Assembly (NCBI GenBank): GCA_965216565.1
Contig: OZ244170.1
Location: forward strand, 288,001-352,000
Source: Bythopirellula sp.
Lineage (GTDB): Bacteria; Planctomycetota; Planctomycetia; Pirellulales; Lacipirellulaceae
Reading direction: 5' to 3'
Length of the DNA: 64,000 nucleotides
This document shows positions 18,404 through 27,650 of this stretch, in pieces. A model generated the notes under the pieces. The model did not search any database. It was not told where the DNA came from and was given only the letters and a program-made list of their open reading frames with translations. The position numbers were made by a program, and so were the translations under genes. Positions within the stretch are counted from its first letter, which is position 1; each line of letters starts with the position of its first letter.

Positions 18404-21400
18404 ATGGGCAGAATTACTTCCAACGTGGGTTTGATCACTGGGATTCCGATTACGGATACCGTGAATCAATTGATCCAGGTTGCCGGTGCGCCGCGAGACC
18501 TGCTGCTCGCTCGGAACCAGGGCCTTCAATCCCAACAAGTGGCTGTCAACACCCTGGCTACGCGGCTCTTAAGTCTGAAATTCGATTTGGGCAAACTGGG
18601 TGTGTCCGACCCATTTCAAGCTAAGGCGGTGACCTCTCAGGATGAGTCGCTGGTAACCGCGTCACTCGCCACAGAAGGAAACCCGCCGGTAGGAAATTTT
18701 CCGATTCGGACAGTGCAAACGACATCTTCCCAGCAGCTCATTAGTCAGCGGTTCGAAGACCTGGACGATATCCAAAGCACCGGCTCACTGTCGTTTGGCT
18801 ATGGTGGGTTCGTCGACAAAGGCATTTCGCTCGACGAATTGAACAACGGCGCAGGGGTTTCGCGAGGCCAGATTAAGCTCACCGACCTCGACGGCAACAC
18901 CGCCACCATCGATCTTAGTGCCGTTCGCACTGTGGACGATGTGCTGGAAGCAATCAACAACGATACAACGACTAATGTCATCGCTTCGGTAGACGGCGAT
19001 TCTCTGAAACTCACCGACAACGTCGGGGGCGGCGGTACACTTTCGGTCCAAGAAGTAGCCAGTGGGACGACGGCTGCCGATTTAGGTCTCGATGGAATCA
19101 GCACCTCGTCGTCTGAAGCCACTGGTGCGGACGTCTATGGACTGCATTCAGGCACAAAGCTTAATCGACTTAACGATGGCAATGGCGTGCGAATTACGGA
19201 CGATCTAACGGATGTCGACGATTTGACATTCACGCTAACCGATGAAACCACGGCCGGTGTCGACCTGAGCGGAGCCAACACCTTAGCCGATGTGGTCGAC
19301 GCGATTAATAACGACGCGGACCTCACCGGAAAAGTGACGGCCGCAATCTCGGCAGATGGCAACCGGCTTGAAATCACCGACTCAACCGCTGGCGCCGGGA
19401 CTTTCGCTATTACTAATGGCGTGCTCGGTAGTGCTGCCGATGACCTGGGGCTTACCGAAGATTCGAGCGGGGGCGTAGTCACCGGAGGCCGCCTCGTTTC
19501 CGGGCTGCGGGACACACTACTTAGCAGCCTCAGCGGCGGCGAGGGCGTCGGCACTCTGGGCTCGATCGACATCACTAATAGAAGCGGCGTGCTTTCGACC
19601 GTCGATCTTTCCTCTGCGGAGACATTGGCAGAGGTAGTCTCAGGGATCAACACGCAAGCCACAGACGTCACCGCGTCAATTAATGACAGTCGAAACGGAA
19701 TCACGCTTGTCGATACGACCGGAGCTACAGCGAGCAATTTGATTGTGGCTAATACCGGGGCAACCACGAGTGCCGATGCACTCTCGATTACCGCCGATGT
19801 AGCCGCCAATTCGGTTGGCAGCGGCACGCTCAACCGTCAGACAATTAGCGAAGCCACGTCGCTGGCCTCGCTGGGCATCACTGCCAGCGATATTTCGATT
19901 ACCGATTCCAACGGGGAGTCTACCTCCATCGACTTGAATGCAAGTGGTGCTGAGGCAGAAACTGTGGGCGACGTAATTGATGCCATCAATGCTTCGACGG
20001 CCAGCGTTCAGGCTAGTATCAATGACACCGGCGACGGCATACTCATTACAGATGCTGCTGAGGGATCGCAGACCCTGGGAATTAGCGATCTCAATGGCAC
20101 ACTGGCCGCACAATTAAACCTGACGCGGGCCAGCACCACGGTTGACATTAATGGTACCGACACACAAGTAATCGATGGCACCAACAGTTACTCGATCGAT
20201 CTTTCAGACATAGATGGTTCCCCAGAATCTGTGGCTCTCTCCTCAGTCAACAATGGCGCGGGAATCAATTACAGCGATATACGAATTACAGCCTCTACTG
20301 GTGAATTCACTGTTCTCGATTTGAATGGGGCCGATTCCGGAATCACCACCGTAGGTCAGATCGTCGATGCGATTAATGCCCGTTCAGAGGACGTCACTGC
20401 CAGTATCAACGAAACTGGCACAGGCATCTTGCTCACCGACGATGCTGGTGGCGACTTGGTCGTGGAAGACATCAACGGCACTGCCGCAGCCGATCTCAAG
20501 ATACTTAGCACCGAAACCACAGGATCGACGATCAATGGCCTCGGATTGTTTTCCGCTCAAGACGCAAACCAAGGGGCGTTAGATTCGGTAGCCGATCGGA
20601 TCAATGATCTCGATTCCGGAGTGACGGCCAGCACGTTCTTTGATGGCATCGGTTATCGTTTGTCACTTGTGGTCGACGAAACAGGATCGGCCAATGAAAT
20701 TCTGGTCGACGCCGGTGCCTCTGGATTCAGTTTTGAAGAAACATCCACAGCCGAGGACGCGTTGATTGTCTTGGGCGAAGAGACGCTGCCTGGCTCGGGC
20801 GTGCTGATTAGTTCTTCCGACAACAACTTCGATGAAGTGATTGAAGGCGTCAATCTCTCGGTGCTCGCAGCAAGTAGCCAGTCGGTAACAGTCTCGGTGG
20901 ATAACACCGATTCAGATTTGGTATCAGCCGTAGGCGACTTCGTTGATTCTTACAACTCGATTCGCAGCGAACTTGACCAGCTGACAGTTTTCGACGAAGT
21001 GGAGCTCACTACGGGTTTACTGTTTGGAACCAACGAGGCCCTTCGTGTCGATACCGAGCTCTCGCGGCTTGTTACTGACCGATACTTTGGTGTGGGCGGC
21101 TTTGAAAGCCTAGCTGAGGTCGGAATCTCGATTGACGATCAGGGACAGCTAAGCCTTGATGAGGCGCGACTGCAAGAGGCCTTTGCCGACGATCCCGGAA
21201 GTTTAGAGCGACTGTTTTCCGATGAGACGCGTGGCGTGGTTGCCCAGTTCAATACAGCAGTAGATCGGCTCGCTGGCTCGGAGAACGGCTTGCTGACGAA
21301 TCGTGACGATGCCCTGCAGAACACAATCGATACGAACACCCAAAGAATCGACGATCTCAACGCGTCTCTCGAACGGCAGCGAGAACGTCTGTTGCTTGAG

Positions 21401-21490
21401 TTCACTCAACTAGAGACATTGGTGGCCGGGTTGCAGCAGAATCTCAGTGCCCTGGCTTCTTTACAGCCTATCGCCCCGCTATCTATCTAA
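18404..21490 (+). CDS. fliD: Flagellar filament cap FliD, expanded (1028 aa)
   Basis: GLITGI.....VNQL, SSSDNNFDEVIEGV, FVDSYN, LAEVGISI, EFTQLETLVAGLQ. Confidence 0.93.
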   Translation: MGRITSNVGLITGIPITDTVNQLIQVAGAPRDLLLARNQGLQSQQVAVNTLATRLLSLKFDLGKLGVSDPFQAKAVTSQDESLVTASLATEGNPPVGNFPIRTVQTTSSQQLISQRFEDLDDIQSTGSLSFGYGGFVDKGISLDELNNGAGVSRGQIKLTDLDGNTATIDLSAVRTVDDVLEAINNDTTTNVIASVDGDSLKLTDNVGGGGTLSVQEVASGTTAADLGLDGISTSSSEATGADVYGLHSGTKLNRLNDGNGVRITDDLTDVDDLTFTLTDETTAGVDLSGANTLADVVDAINNDADLTGKVTAAISADGNRLEITDSTAGAGTFAITNGVLGSAADDLGLTEDSSGGVVTGGRLVSGLRDTLLSSLSGGEGVGTLGSIDITNRSGVLSTVDLSSAETLAEVVSGINTQATDVTASINDSRNGITLVDTTGATASNLIVANTGATTSADALSITADVAANSVGSGTLNRQTISEATSLASLGITASDISITDSNGESTSIDLNASGAEAETVGDVIDAINASTASVQASINDTGDGILITDAAEGSQTLGISDLNGTLAAQLNLTRASTTVDINGTDTQVIDGTNSYSIDLSDIDGSPESVALSSVNNGAGINYSDIRITASTGEFTVLDLNGADSGITTVGQIVDAINARSEDVTASINETGTGILLTDDAGGDLVVEDINGTAAADLKILSTETTGSTINGLGLFSAQDANQGALDSVADRINDLDSGVTASTFFDGIGYRLSLVVDETGSANEILVDAGASGFSFEETSTAEDALIVLGEETLPGSGVLISSSDNNFDEVIEGVNLSVLAASSQSVTVSVDNTDSDLVSAVGDFVDSYNSIRSELDQLTVFDEVELTTGLLFGTNEALRVDTELSRLVTDRYFGVGGFESLAEVGISIDDQGQLSLDEARLQEAFADDPGSLERLFSDETRGVVAQFNTAVDRLAGSENGLLTNRDDALQNTIDTNTQRIDDLNASLERQRERLLLEFTQLETLVAGLQQNLSALASLQPIAPLSI

Positions 21491-21548
21491 TGCAGTTGTT
21501 CGACGTAACCTTTTCTAAGTTTTTTAACTATCAAAGCAGGATGCTAAG

Positions 21549-22016
21549 ATGTCTATCGCACCAAATTCGAAATACATGGAAAGTAAAGTTCTCACTGCAT
21601 CGCAGCCTCAGTTGCATTTGATGCTGCTGGAAGGTGCCGTGCGATTTGGCCAGCGTGCATTTGACCTAGGATCCGACGATCAATACGCAGCCGAGAGCGA
21701 TGCCCTGCTCGTTAGACTGCTGAATATTGTCGAAGAGCTAAGCCGGAGCACGAGTGGTCGCGACAGTGAAATAGCTATTCAGCTCGAAGACGAGTACGCG
21801 TTTCTTTATCGCGAGCTGACTGCGTCACGAATCAACCTTGATCTGGATAAACTTGAGAAGTGTCTGGAGATCCTCAACTACCAGCGAGATACCTGGAAGC
21901 AAGCGTGCGAGCAAATAGAGTTCGTGGCCGACACATCTGCCCCCAAGGCAGTTCTGCCACCCATCAGTCCCTCGACGATGCCCGAAGGCTCTTCGTCGTT
22001 CTCACTCGACGCCTAG
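21549..22016 (+). CDS. fliS: Flagellin chaperone FliS
   Basis: Y.ESKVLTASQPQLHLMLLEGAVRF...RDTWKQ; follows fliD. Confidence 0.88.
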   Translation: MSIAPNSKYMESKVLTASQPQLHLMLLEGAVRFGQRAFDLGSDDQYAAESDALLVRLLNIVEELSRSTSGRDSEIAIQLEDEYAFLYRELTASRINLDLDKLEKCLEILNYQRDTWKQACEQIEFVADTSAPKAVLPPISPSTMPEGSSSFSLDA

Positions 22017-22142
22017 GCAGCGGCGTTGGCAAGCCCAGGACGAGCCAACTGGTCTTCGTTCACGGTCTTTCCAACCTGTGAATCTCCTAGCTGCAATGCG
22101 GTTCTATTGGCAGAGCCGATGGTTGCACCTGCCTTGTGGCGA

Positions 22143-22172
22143 TTGACGTCACGCTTGCGGCGGGCGTATGAT
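22143..22172 (+). promoter_or_regulatory. Sigma70-type promoter of mqnD
   Basis: TTGACG-N18-TATGAT. Confidence 0.6.
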
Positions 22173-22219
22173 CGTGCTTGGCCAACAGTACAATTGTGCA
22201 GATTTTGGGAGATTTCAGA

Positions 22220-23089
22220 GTGAGCAATACAGAAACCAAATTGCTGATCCGCGTAGGACATAGCCCCGACCCGGACGATGCATTCATGTTTCATGCCTTG
22301 GCAAACGATCATCTCGATACCGGCAACTATCAATTCACTCATGAGTTGGTCGATATCGAGACCCTCAATCAGCGCGCCTTCAATGCCGAGCTAGAATTAA
22401 CGGCGGTTAGCATCCACGCTTATGCTTTCCTGCGCGATAACTACATGCTATGCACATGTGGAGCAAGTATGGGCGAGGGCTATGGTCCCATGGTTGTGGC
22501 TCGCGAGAAGATCGAGCAAAGCGAGCTCTCTAGCAAAACGATCGCTGTCCCTGGAAAGTTGACTAGCGCATTCCTGGGATTGCGGATGTGTCTCGGGGAG
22601 GAGTTCAACCATGTATTGGTGCCATTCGACGAGATCATTCCTGCTGTAGTTGCCGGCGAATACCAAGGTCAGCAAATCGACGCGGGGCTGATTATCCACG
22701 AAGGTCAGCTCACTTATTCTGACAACGACCTGCAGTTGATTGTCGATCTGGGCGTCTGGTGGCAGGAACTCACAGGACTGCCTTTGCCATTAGGCGCTAA
22801 CGCAATCCGTAAGAATCTTGGCGCCGAGACCATCAATGAAGTGCAGCGGCTACTGCGTGCCAGCATTAAGTACGGGCTCGATCATCGCCAAGAAGCCCTC
22901 GAATATGCTTTGCAATACGGCCGCGATCTTGACCAAGGCAAGGCGGATAAATTCGTAGGCATGTACGTCAACGACTGGACACTCGACTTTGGCCCCAAGG
23001 GAAGAGAAGCCGTCAAACTTTTCTTGGCGATGGGCCACGAACAGGGTATCCTACCGGAGTTGGTTGTCCCTGAGTTCGTGGGCGACTGA
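22220..23089 (+). CDS. mqnD: 1,4-dihydroxy-6-naphthoate synthase (futalosine menaquinone pathway)
   Basis: GHSPDPDDAFMF, DIETLN, GLIIHEGQLTY, LPLPLG, MYVN. GTG start is inferred. Confidence 0.9.
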   Translation: MSNTETKLLIRVGHSPDPDDAFMFHALANDHLDTGNYQFTHELVDIETLNQRAFNAELELTAVSIHAYAFLRDNYMLCTCGASMGEGYGPMVVAREKIEQSELSSKTIAVPGKLTSAFLGLRMCLGEEFNHVLVPFDEIIPAVVAGEYQGQQIDAGLIIHEGQLTYSDNDLQLIVDLGVWWQELTGLPLPLGANAIRKNLGAETINEVQRLLRASIKYGLDHRQEALEYALQYGRDLDQGKADKFVGMYVNDWTLDFGPKGREAVKLFLAMGHEQGILPELVVPEFVGD

Positions 23090-23094
23090 AGGAG

Positions 23095-23208
23095 AGGTGA
23101 GTAGGTGAGTAAGTGAGTAGGTTTTGAAGCTGTGACTTACTCACCTACTCACACACATACCCGCATCCCTGCTCACCTCCGGCCTACCCCCCTCCAGCCT
23201 CCAGCCTG
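23095..23208. repeat. 8-bp-period tandem repeat with inverted arm, plus CCTCCAG heptamers
   Basis: A(G/A)GTGAGT x3; GTGAGTAGGTGAGTAAGT (23097-23114) is perfectly complementary to 23135-23152. Confidence 0.8.
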
Positions 23209-23211
23209 ATA

Positions 23212-24429
23212 ATGCCCGCTGATTGGAAAGCCAAGCTAGATCGCATTGTTTCCCAGCAGGCAAACGAGGTTGCCCAGCTGCGGCGGCATCTTCATGCCCA
23301 TCCCGAGCCAAGTGGCGAAGAGCTGCAAACCAGCCTGCATTTGTACCAACTCTTGGGAAAGCTAGGCCTAGAGGTCTTAATGGGTCCCGAGGGTTGTGGA
23401 GTTGTAGTCGACAGTGGCACGCCTGCGTCTGACCAAGACCAACCCGCACCCCCGCGGGTTGCCCTCCGCGGCGATATCGATGCCCTCAGGATCCAAGATG
23501 AAAAGCAGGTTGGCTATTCCAGTAAAAACGAAGGCGTGATGCACGCCTGCGGCCACGATGCCCACACGGCCATTGTCTATGGTGTGATTCTCGCTTTATT
23601 GCAAATGGACGAATTGGGAGCACTCCCCTGGCCTGTTGCTTGGCGAGCCATTTTCCAGCCCGCTGAGGAAACAGCGACCGGCGCTGCGCAAATGATGAAG
23701 GCCGGGGTGATGGAAGGTGTATCGCAGATTCTGGCGCTTCACGTTGATCCAACTCGGCGTACAGGTGAAATCGGTATGCGTTCTGGTGCACTGACAGCGC
23801 ATTGCGATTCGATTCAGTTCTCTGTGCGAGGGCAGGGGGGCCACGCCGCTCGTCCGCACGAATCACACGATCCGATAGCCGCTGCCGCACAGCTAATCAA
23901 TGCACTCTACCAGTATGTCCCACGGACGACCGACTCGCACGATGCCGTGGTGCTAACCATCGGACATCTGCGTGGCGGCGAGAACCCTAACGTCATCCCC
24001 AGCATTGTCGAAATGTGGGGAACATTGCGAACGCTCGATTCGGTCGTCCGGTCGCGCATCATCGAAAAGATTCGTCAAGTTGCCACGGGAGTTGGAAACA
24101 TCACGGGCACCGAGATCTCCATTAACTTAGATGTCAGTATTCCTTCGGTGAACAACGATCCCGAGCTAACTCGGCTCGTTTGGCACGAAGCGGAGTCGGT
24201 TGTTGGCAAGGAGCACGTGCAGTTGATCTCCCGTCCGAGTATGGGCAGCGAAGACTTTGCGTGTTTCCTGGAACAGGTTCCGGGAGTGATGTTCCGTTTG
24301 GGCTCCACCAGCGATCTGGCGGCCATCACCCCACTGCACACGCCATTGTTTGATATCGATGAGAAATCTCTCGAAATCGGGGTCCGCATTTTGGCCCGCT
24401 CGGCCATAATGATGCAGAGTCCCAACTAG
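23212..24429 (+). CDS. M20D family amidohydrolase
   Basis: RRHLHAHPEPSGEE, LRGDIDAL, MHACGHDAH, FQPAEE, GGHAARPH, MGSEDF. Confidence 0.92.
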   Translation: MPADWKAKLDRIVSQQANEVAQLRRHLHAHPEPSGEELQTSLHLYQLLGKLGLEVLMGPEGCGVVVDSGTPASDQDQPAPPRVALRGDIDALRIQDEKQVGYSSKNEGVMHACGHDAHTAIVYGVILALLQMDELGALPWPVAWRAIFQPAEETATGAAQMMKAGVMEGVSQILALHVDPTRRTGEIGMRSGALTAHCDSIQFSVRGQGGHAARPHESHDPIAAAAQLINALYQYVPRTTDSHDAVVLTIGHLRGGENPNVIPSIVEMWGTLRTLDSVVRSRIIEKIRQVATGVGNITGTEISINLDVSIPSVNNDPELTRLVWHEAESVVGKEHVQLISRPSMGSEDFACFLEQVPGVMFRLGSTSDLAAITPLHTPLFDIDEKSLEIGVRILARSAIMMQSPN

Positions 24430-24460
24430 GGACCTTTCGTAGGCAAGGAGTGCACGTCTT

Positions 24461-25588
24461 ATGGCGACTATCGATTTCACCTCCAACCAGTCGCCCACGC
24501 TCGGCGTGGAAATTGAACTCGGGCTGGTCGACGAACACACGATGGCCCTGGCAAGTTCTTTTGCGGAGCTCAAAGACAGGCTTCCCGAGGATGGAAGCGA
24601 TACCCTCAAGCCAGAGCTCATGCAGTGCGTGTTGGAAATCAACACGGATGTATGCAACACGGTGGTCGAAGCGGAAGAGGACCTGCGGAAAAAACTCCTG
24701 CAAGTGGAAGCGATCACCGACGAGCTCGATTTGCGACTGTGGTGGGGGGCCACGCATCCCTTTTCTAAATGGCAAGAACAACAAGTCACTCCCAACGATC
24801 GGTACCAGAAACTGGTTGATTTGCTGCAGGAGTTTGCCCGCCGATTGATTACCTTCGGCTTACATGTGCATGTCGGCGTCGACTCGGGCGATAAGGCAGT
24901 GATGATCTGCGATCGTATCCTACGCCATCTACCGACATTCTTGGCGATGTCGGTCAGTAGTCCATTTTGGGAGACGCGTAAAACGGGTCTACAGTCACAC
25001 CGCTCAAAAGTGATGGAAGGCCTGCCGACGGCTGGCTTGCCGACTCTCATGCGAAACTGGAGCGAGTACGTATGGCTGGTGAATCACATGGTCGACACGG
25101 GATTCATCAATACGATTCGCGAAATCTGGTGGGATGTGCGTCCGCATCACAAATTCGGAACCGTGGAAGTACGCATCTGCGACATGCCCGGCAATTTGGA
25201 AGATACCATCGCCATTGCGGCGCTCATTCAATGTGTGGTCAAGGCGCTTTCCGATGAGATTGACCATGGCACGTATCAGCACGATTGCCATCCGATGATG
25301 GTCCAACAAAACAAATGGCGGGCAGCCCGGTTTGGTACGGCTGCCCAGTTGGTCGACTCGTACACCCACGAGGCGATGCCCGTCTCGCAGGCGGTGGAAA
25401 AGCTGACGAAACATCTCCTCCCCGTCGCCAAGCAGCTCGACTGCGAAAAACAGCTAGAGCATTGCCGCCACATCGCCTCGTCGCCGAGTTGGGCCGACCG
25501 TCAACTCTCCATCCTCGCCGAGACGGACAGCCCCGAAGAAATTGTGCGACGCCTCACAGCGGAGTCTCGCGTCAGCCCTGAGAGTTGA
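24461..25588 (+). CDS. ybdK: YbdK/GCS2 family carboxylate-amine ligase
   Basis: TLGVEIELGLVD, FGLHVHVGV, SSPFW, WWDVRP, TVEVRICD, NKWRAARFG. Confidence 0.9.
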   Translation: MATIDFTSNQSPTLGVEIELGLVDEHTMALASSFAELKDRLPEDGSDTLKPELMQCVLEINTDVCNTVVEAEEDLRKKLLQVEAITDELDLRLWWGATHPFSKWQEQQVTPNDRYQKLVDLLQEFARRLITFGLHVHVGVDSGDKAVMICDRILRHLPTFLAMSVSSPFWETRKTGLQSHRSKVMEGLPTAGLPTLMRNWSEYVWLVNHMVDTGFINTIREIWWDVRPHHKFGTVEVRICDMPGNLEDTIAIAALIQCVVKALSDEIDHGTYQHDCHPMMVQQNKWRAARFGTAAQLVDSYTHEAMPVSQAVEKLTKHLLPVAKQLDCEKQLEHCRHIASSPSWADRQLSILAETDSPEEIVRRLTAESRVSPES

Positions 25589-25820
25589 GAGCGTGGAGCA
25601 GAGAGCTTAGAGCATGGAGCATGGAGCATGGAGCATGGAGCATGGAGCATGGAGCATGGAGCATGGAGCATGGAGCATGGAGCATGGAGCATGGAGCATG
25701 GAGCATGGAGCCCGGAGCCCGGAGCCCGGAGCTAAGGGCATAGAGCTGGGAGTAGTTAGACCTCCACGCGCTGAACTCCTGGCTCTTAGCTCCATGCTCC
25801 CTGCTCCAAGCTCCCCGCTC
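25582..25820. repeat. Heptamer (GAG-N4) tandem array with inverted (CTC-N4) arm
   Basis: 25 in-phase heptamers at 25582-25756, including 14 perfect GAGCATG (25610-25707) and 3 GAGCCCG; inverted arm at 25776-25820; fills the gap between two convergent stop codons. Confidence 0.95.
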
Positions 25821-26862
25821 ACACTTCAATTACTGCTTTCTGGCAGCCGTCTCGACGCTCCGAGAATACGTCGTAAGCCTCTGCTCCCTGATCGATCTGA
25901 AAGCGATGGGTGATGAGTCTGGCGAGCCGCTCTTCTTCGCCGACGGCGAGTGACATGGCTTCGTCGATCATGCTCCGGACGGGGCAGCGTCCTGTGCGAT
26001 AGGTGAGGTTTTTGTCGTAGGCGTCTGTTGGACTAAAGGCAAAGTGCGGTGCGCAGTGACAACCAATGGACGAGAGAATTCCGCCGGAACGCACCAACTC
26101 GTAGGCGAGCAATTGGGCCTCGGGAAGCCCTACCAGTTCCATCACGGCGTCGGCCCCTCGGCCGTCGGTTACCGAGAGAACTGCCTCGCGAAGGTTATCC
26201 GAATCGCTAAAGGCTTGCGTTCCCAGCGATTCGGCCAGCGTCGCCCGTTGAGGATTTAAGTCGAAGGCGAAGATTCGACTGGCCCCCAATTTCAAGGCAG
26301 CCACGATCGACAGCAGCCCAACCGTTCCACAACCTACCACCACGTAGCAGCCCTGAGGATTAATCTCCGCCATCTTGGCACAGTAGAGTCCCGTGGTGAA
26401 ATTGTCGCCCAGCAGCAGGGCAATTTCGGGCGACACGTTATCGGGAAGCGGAATCAATGTGCCATCAGCAAGTGGCACTCTTACCGACTCCGCCTGGCAA
26501 CCGTGGAGGCCGTCTCCGCCCGACCTCCAACCAAAAAGTTGCCCATGCCCGCAGCGGGAGGACAAACCTCGCTGACAATAGAAGCAACTACCGCAGCTTG
26601 TAGAGAACGGGGCGAATACTTCCTGACCGACAGAAAACGCGCGGACATCGTTCCCCGTTTCAACCACCCGCCCCACAAACTCGTGGCCCATGATGGTTCC
26701 AAGATCGAGGCCCACTTCGCGACCGTGAAACGGATGCAGATCGCTACCGCACAGCCCGGCAAGCCGTACCTCGACCAGGACGTCGGTGGATTGCTCGATC
26801 ACAGGCTCTGCCACTTCGCGTGTTGCGACCTGTTCGACACCCTGAAAACAAACGGCTTGCAT
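25819..26862 (-). CDS. Zinc-dependent alcohol dehydrogenase (MDR family)
   Basis: LCGSDLH, GHEFVG, CGSCFYC...C, GCGTVG. Confidence 0.92.
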   Translation of the reverse strand: MQAVCFQGVEQVATREVAEPVIEQSTDVLVEVRLAGLCGSDLHPFHGREVGLDLGTIMGHEFVGRVVETGNDVRAFSVGQEVFAPFSTSCGSCFYCQRGLSSRCGHGQLFGWRSGGDGLHGCQAESVRVPLADGTLIPLPDNVSPEIALLLGDNFTTGLYCAKMAEINPQGCYVVVGCGTVGLLSIVAALKLGASRIFAFDLNPQRATLAESLGTQAFSDSDNLREAVLSVTDGRGADAVMELVGLPEAQLLAYELVRSGGILSSIGCHCAPHFAFSPTDAYDKNLTYRTGRCPVRSMIDEAMSLAVGEEERLARLITHRFQIDQGAEAYDVFSERRDGCQKAVIEV

Positions 26863-26917
26863 GGAGATCTTTATTGGTTTGACGATCTACGATGACGCTA
26901 ACAGCACAAAGCATACT

Positions 26918-26948
26918 GTAGGGTGCGTGAAGCGCAGCGGAACGCACC
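26918..26948 (+). repeat. GTAG-type REP
   Basis: GTAGGGTGCGTGAAGCGCAGCGGAACGCACC, with a GGTGCGT/ACGCACC stem. Confidence 0.85.
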
Positions 26949-26993
26949 GGAGCGAAATTCATCCGTAGTTCGGTGAGTTGTCACTTAAGCAGT

Positions 26994-27548
26994 TTACTCG
27001 CGAACGTTATCGATAATTTCAAATTTGCACCCTTTTGCCTTTAGATGATTCTTGATGATTTCGAATATTTCACGTTTTAGAACGTTGCTAATCCAGTAGC
27101 CGATAATGTCGCGTCGCCATCCGTTGAAGACAGACAGCGTCACGATTGACTCACGCTTACGACGACCGACAAGATGTCCAATTCCAACTGCCGTGATATC
27201 AGCTAAACGCCATTTCTTGCAGTATAATCTTGGATACCTCACATAAATATGTTGATACTCAGTGTCGGATATCACTACTCGCTCAATGCTTCTCCGACCC
27301 AACCAAGTGACGATCGACCCATAGGTGGCTACACCCAACACTACAAAAGTAAAAAAGATTGCAATGATTGTTTGTGAGTTAGACCAATCTAAGAAATGTC
27401 TGTAAATCGCATAAGTTATCACAACCATTGAGATCCATAAGACAGGAAATAGAATGGTTAAGAATTTGTTCCTGGCTAATAGTCTATTGTCCCACTCAAG
27501 AACCAGCGTGCCCGATTCATCAATGCTCCGTTTGATGGATGGAATCAT
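26994..27548 (-). CDS. Hypothetical membrane protein (2 TM helices), AT-rich
   Basis: 184-aa ORF with two hydrophobic segments; DNA is visibly AT-rich (20/60 GC at 27361-27420). Confidence 0.7.
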   Translation of the reverse strand: MIPSIKRSIDESGTLVLEWDNRLLARNKFLTILFPVLWISMVVITYAIYRHFLDWSNSQTIIAIFFTFVVLGVATYGSIVTWLGRRSIERVVISDTEYQHIYVRYPRLYCKKWRLADITAVGIGHLVGRRKRESIVTLSVFNGWRRDIIGYWISNVLKREIFEIIKNHLKAKGCKFEIIDNVRE

Positions 27549-27595
27549 GTGGAGCTATCCAATACTTGCCTCGCATCTGGGTCAACGTTACCCAT

Positions 27596-27627
27596 GGTGC
27601 GTTCCGCAGCCATTTCACGCACCCTAC
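27596..27627 (-). repeat. GTAG-type REP, inverted partner of 26918-26948
   Basis: Minus strand reads GTAGGGTGCGTGAAATGGCTGCGGAACGCACC. Confidence 0.85.
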
Positions 27628-27650
27628 GGAATAGTATCTCGGAGAAACGG

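Noticed and set aside
11658..21409. Long antisense ORFs within flgL, fliC and fliD
   Set aside because: Shadows of codon-biased sense genes, with no recognisable motifs.
25501..25913. ORFs with MLHAPCS / MEHGAWS repeats
   Set aside because: They are translations of the 7-bp DNA repeat in several frames and overlap real genes.
26949..27595. Integron cassette around the AT-rich gene
   Set aside because: No convincing RYYYAAC...GTTRRRY attC site and no integrase; the REP flanks explain the boundaries better.
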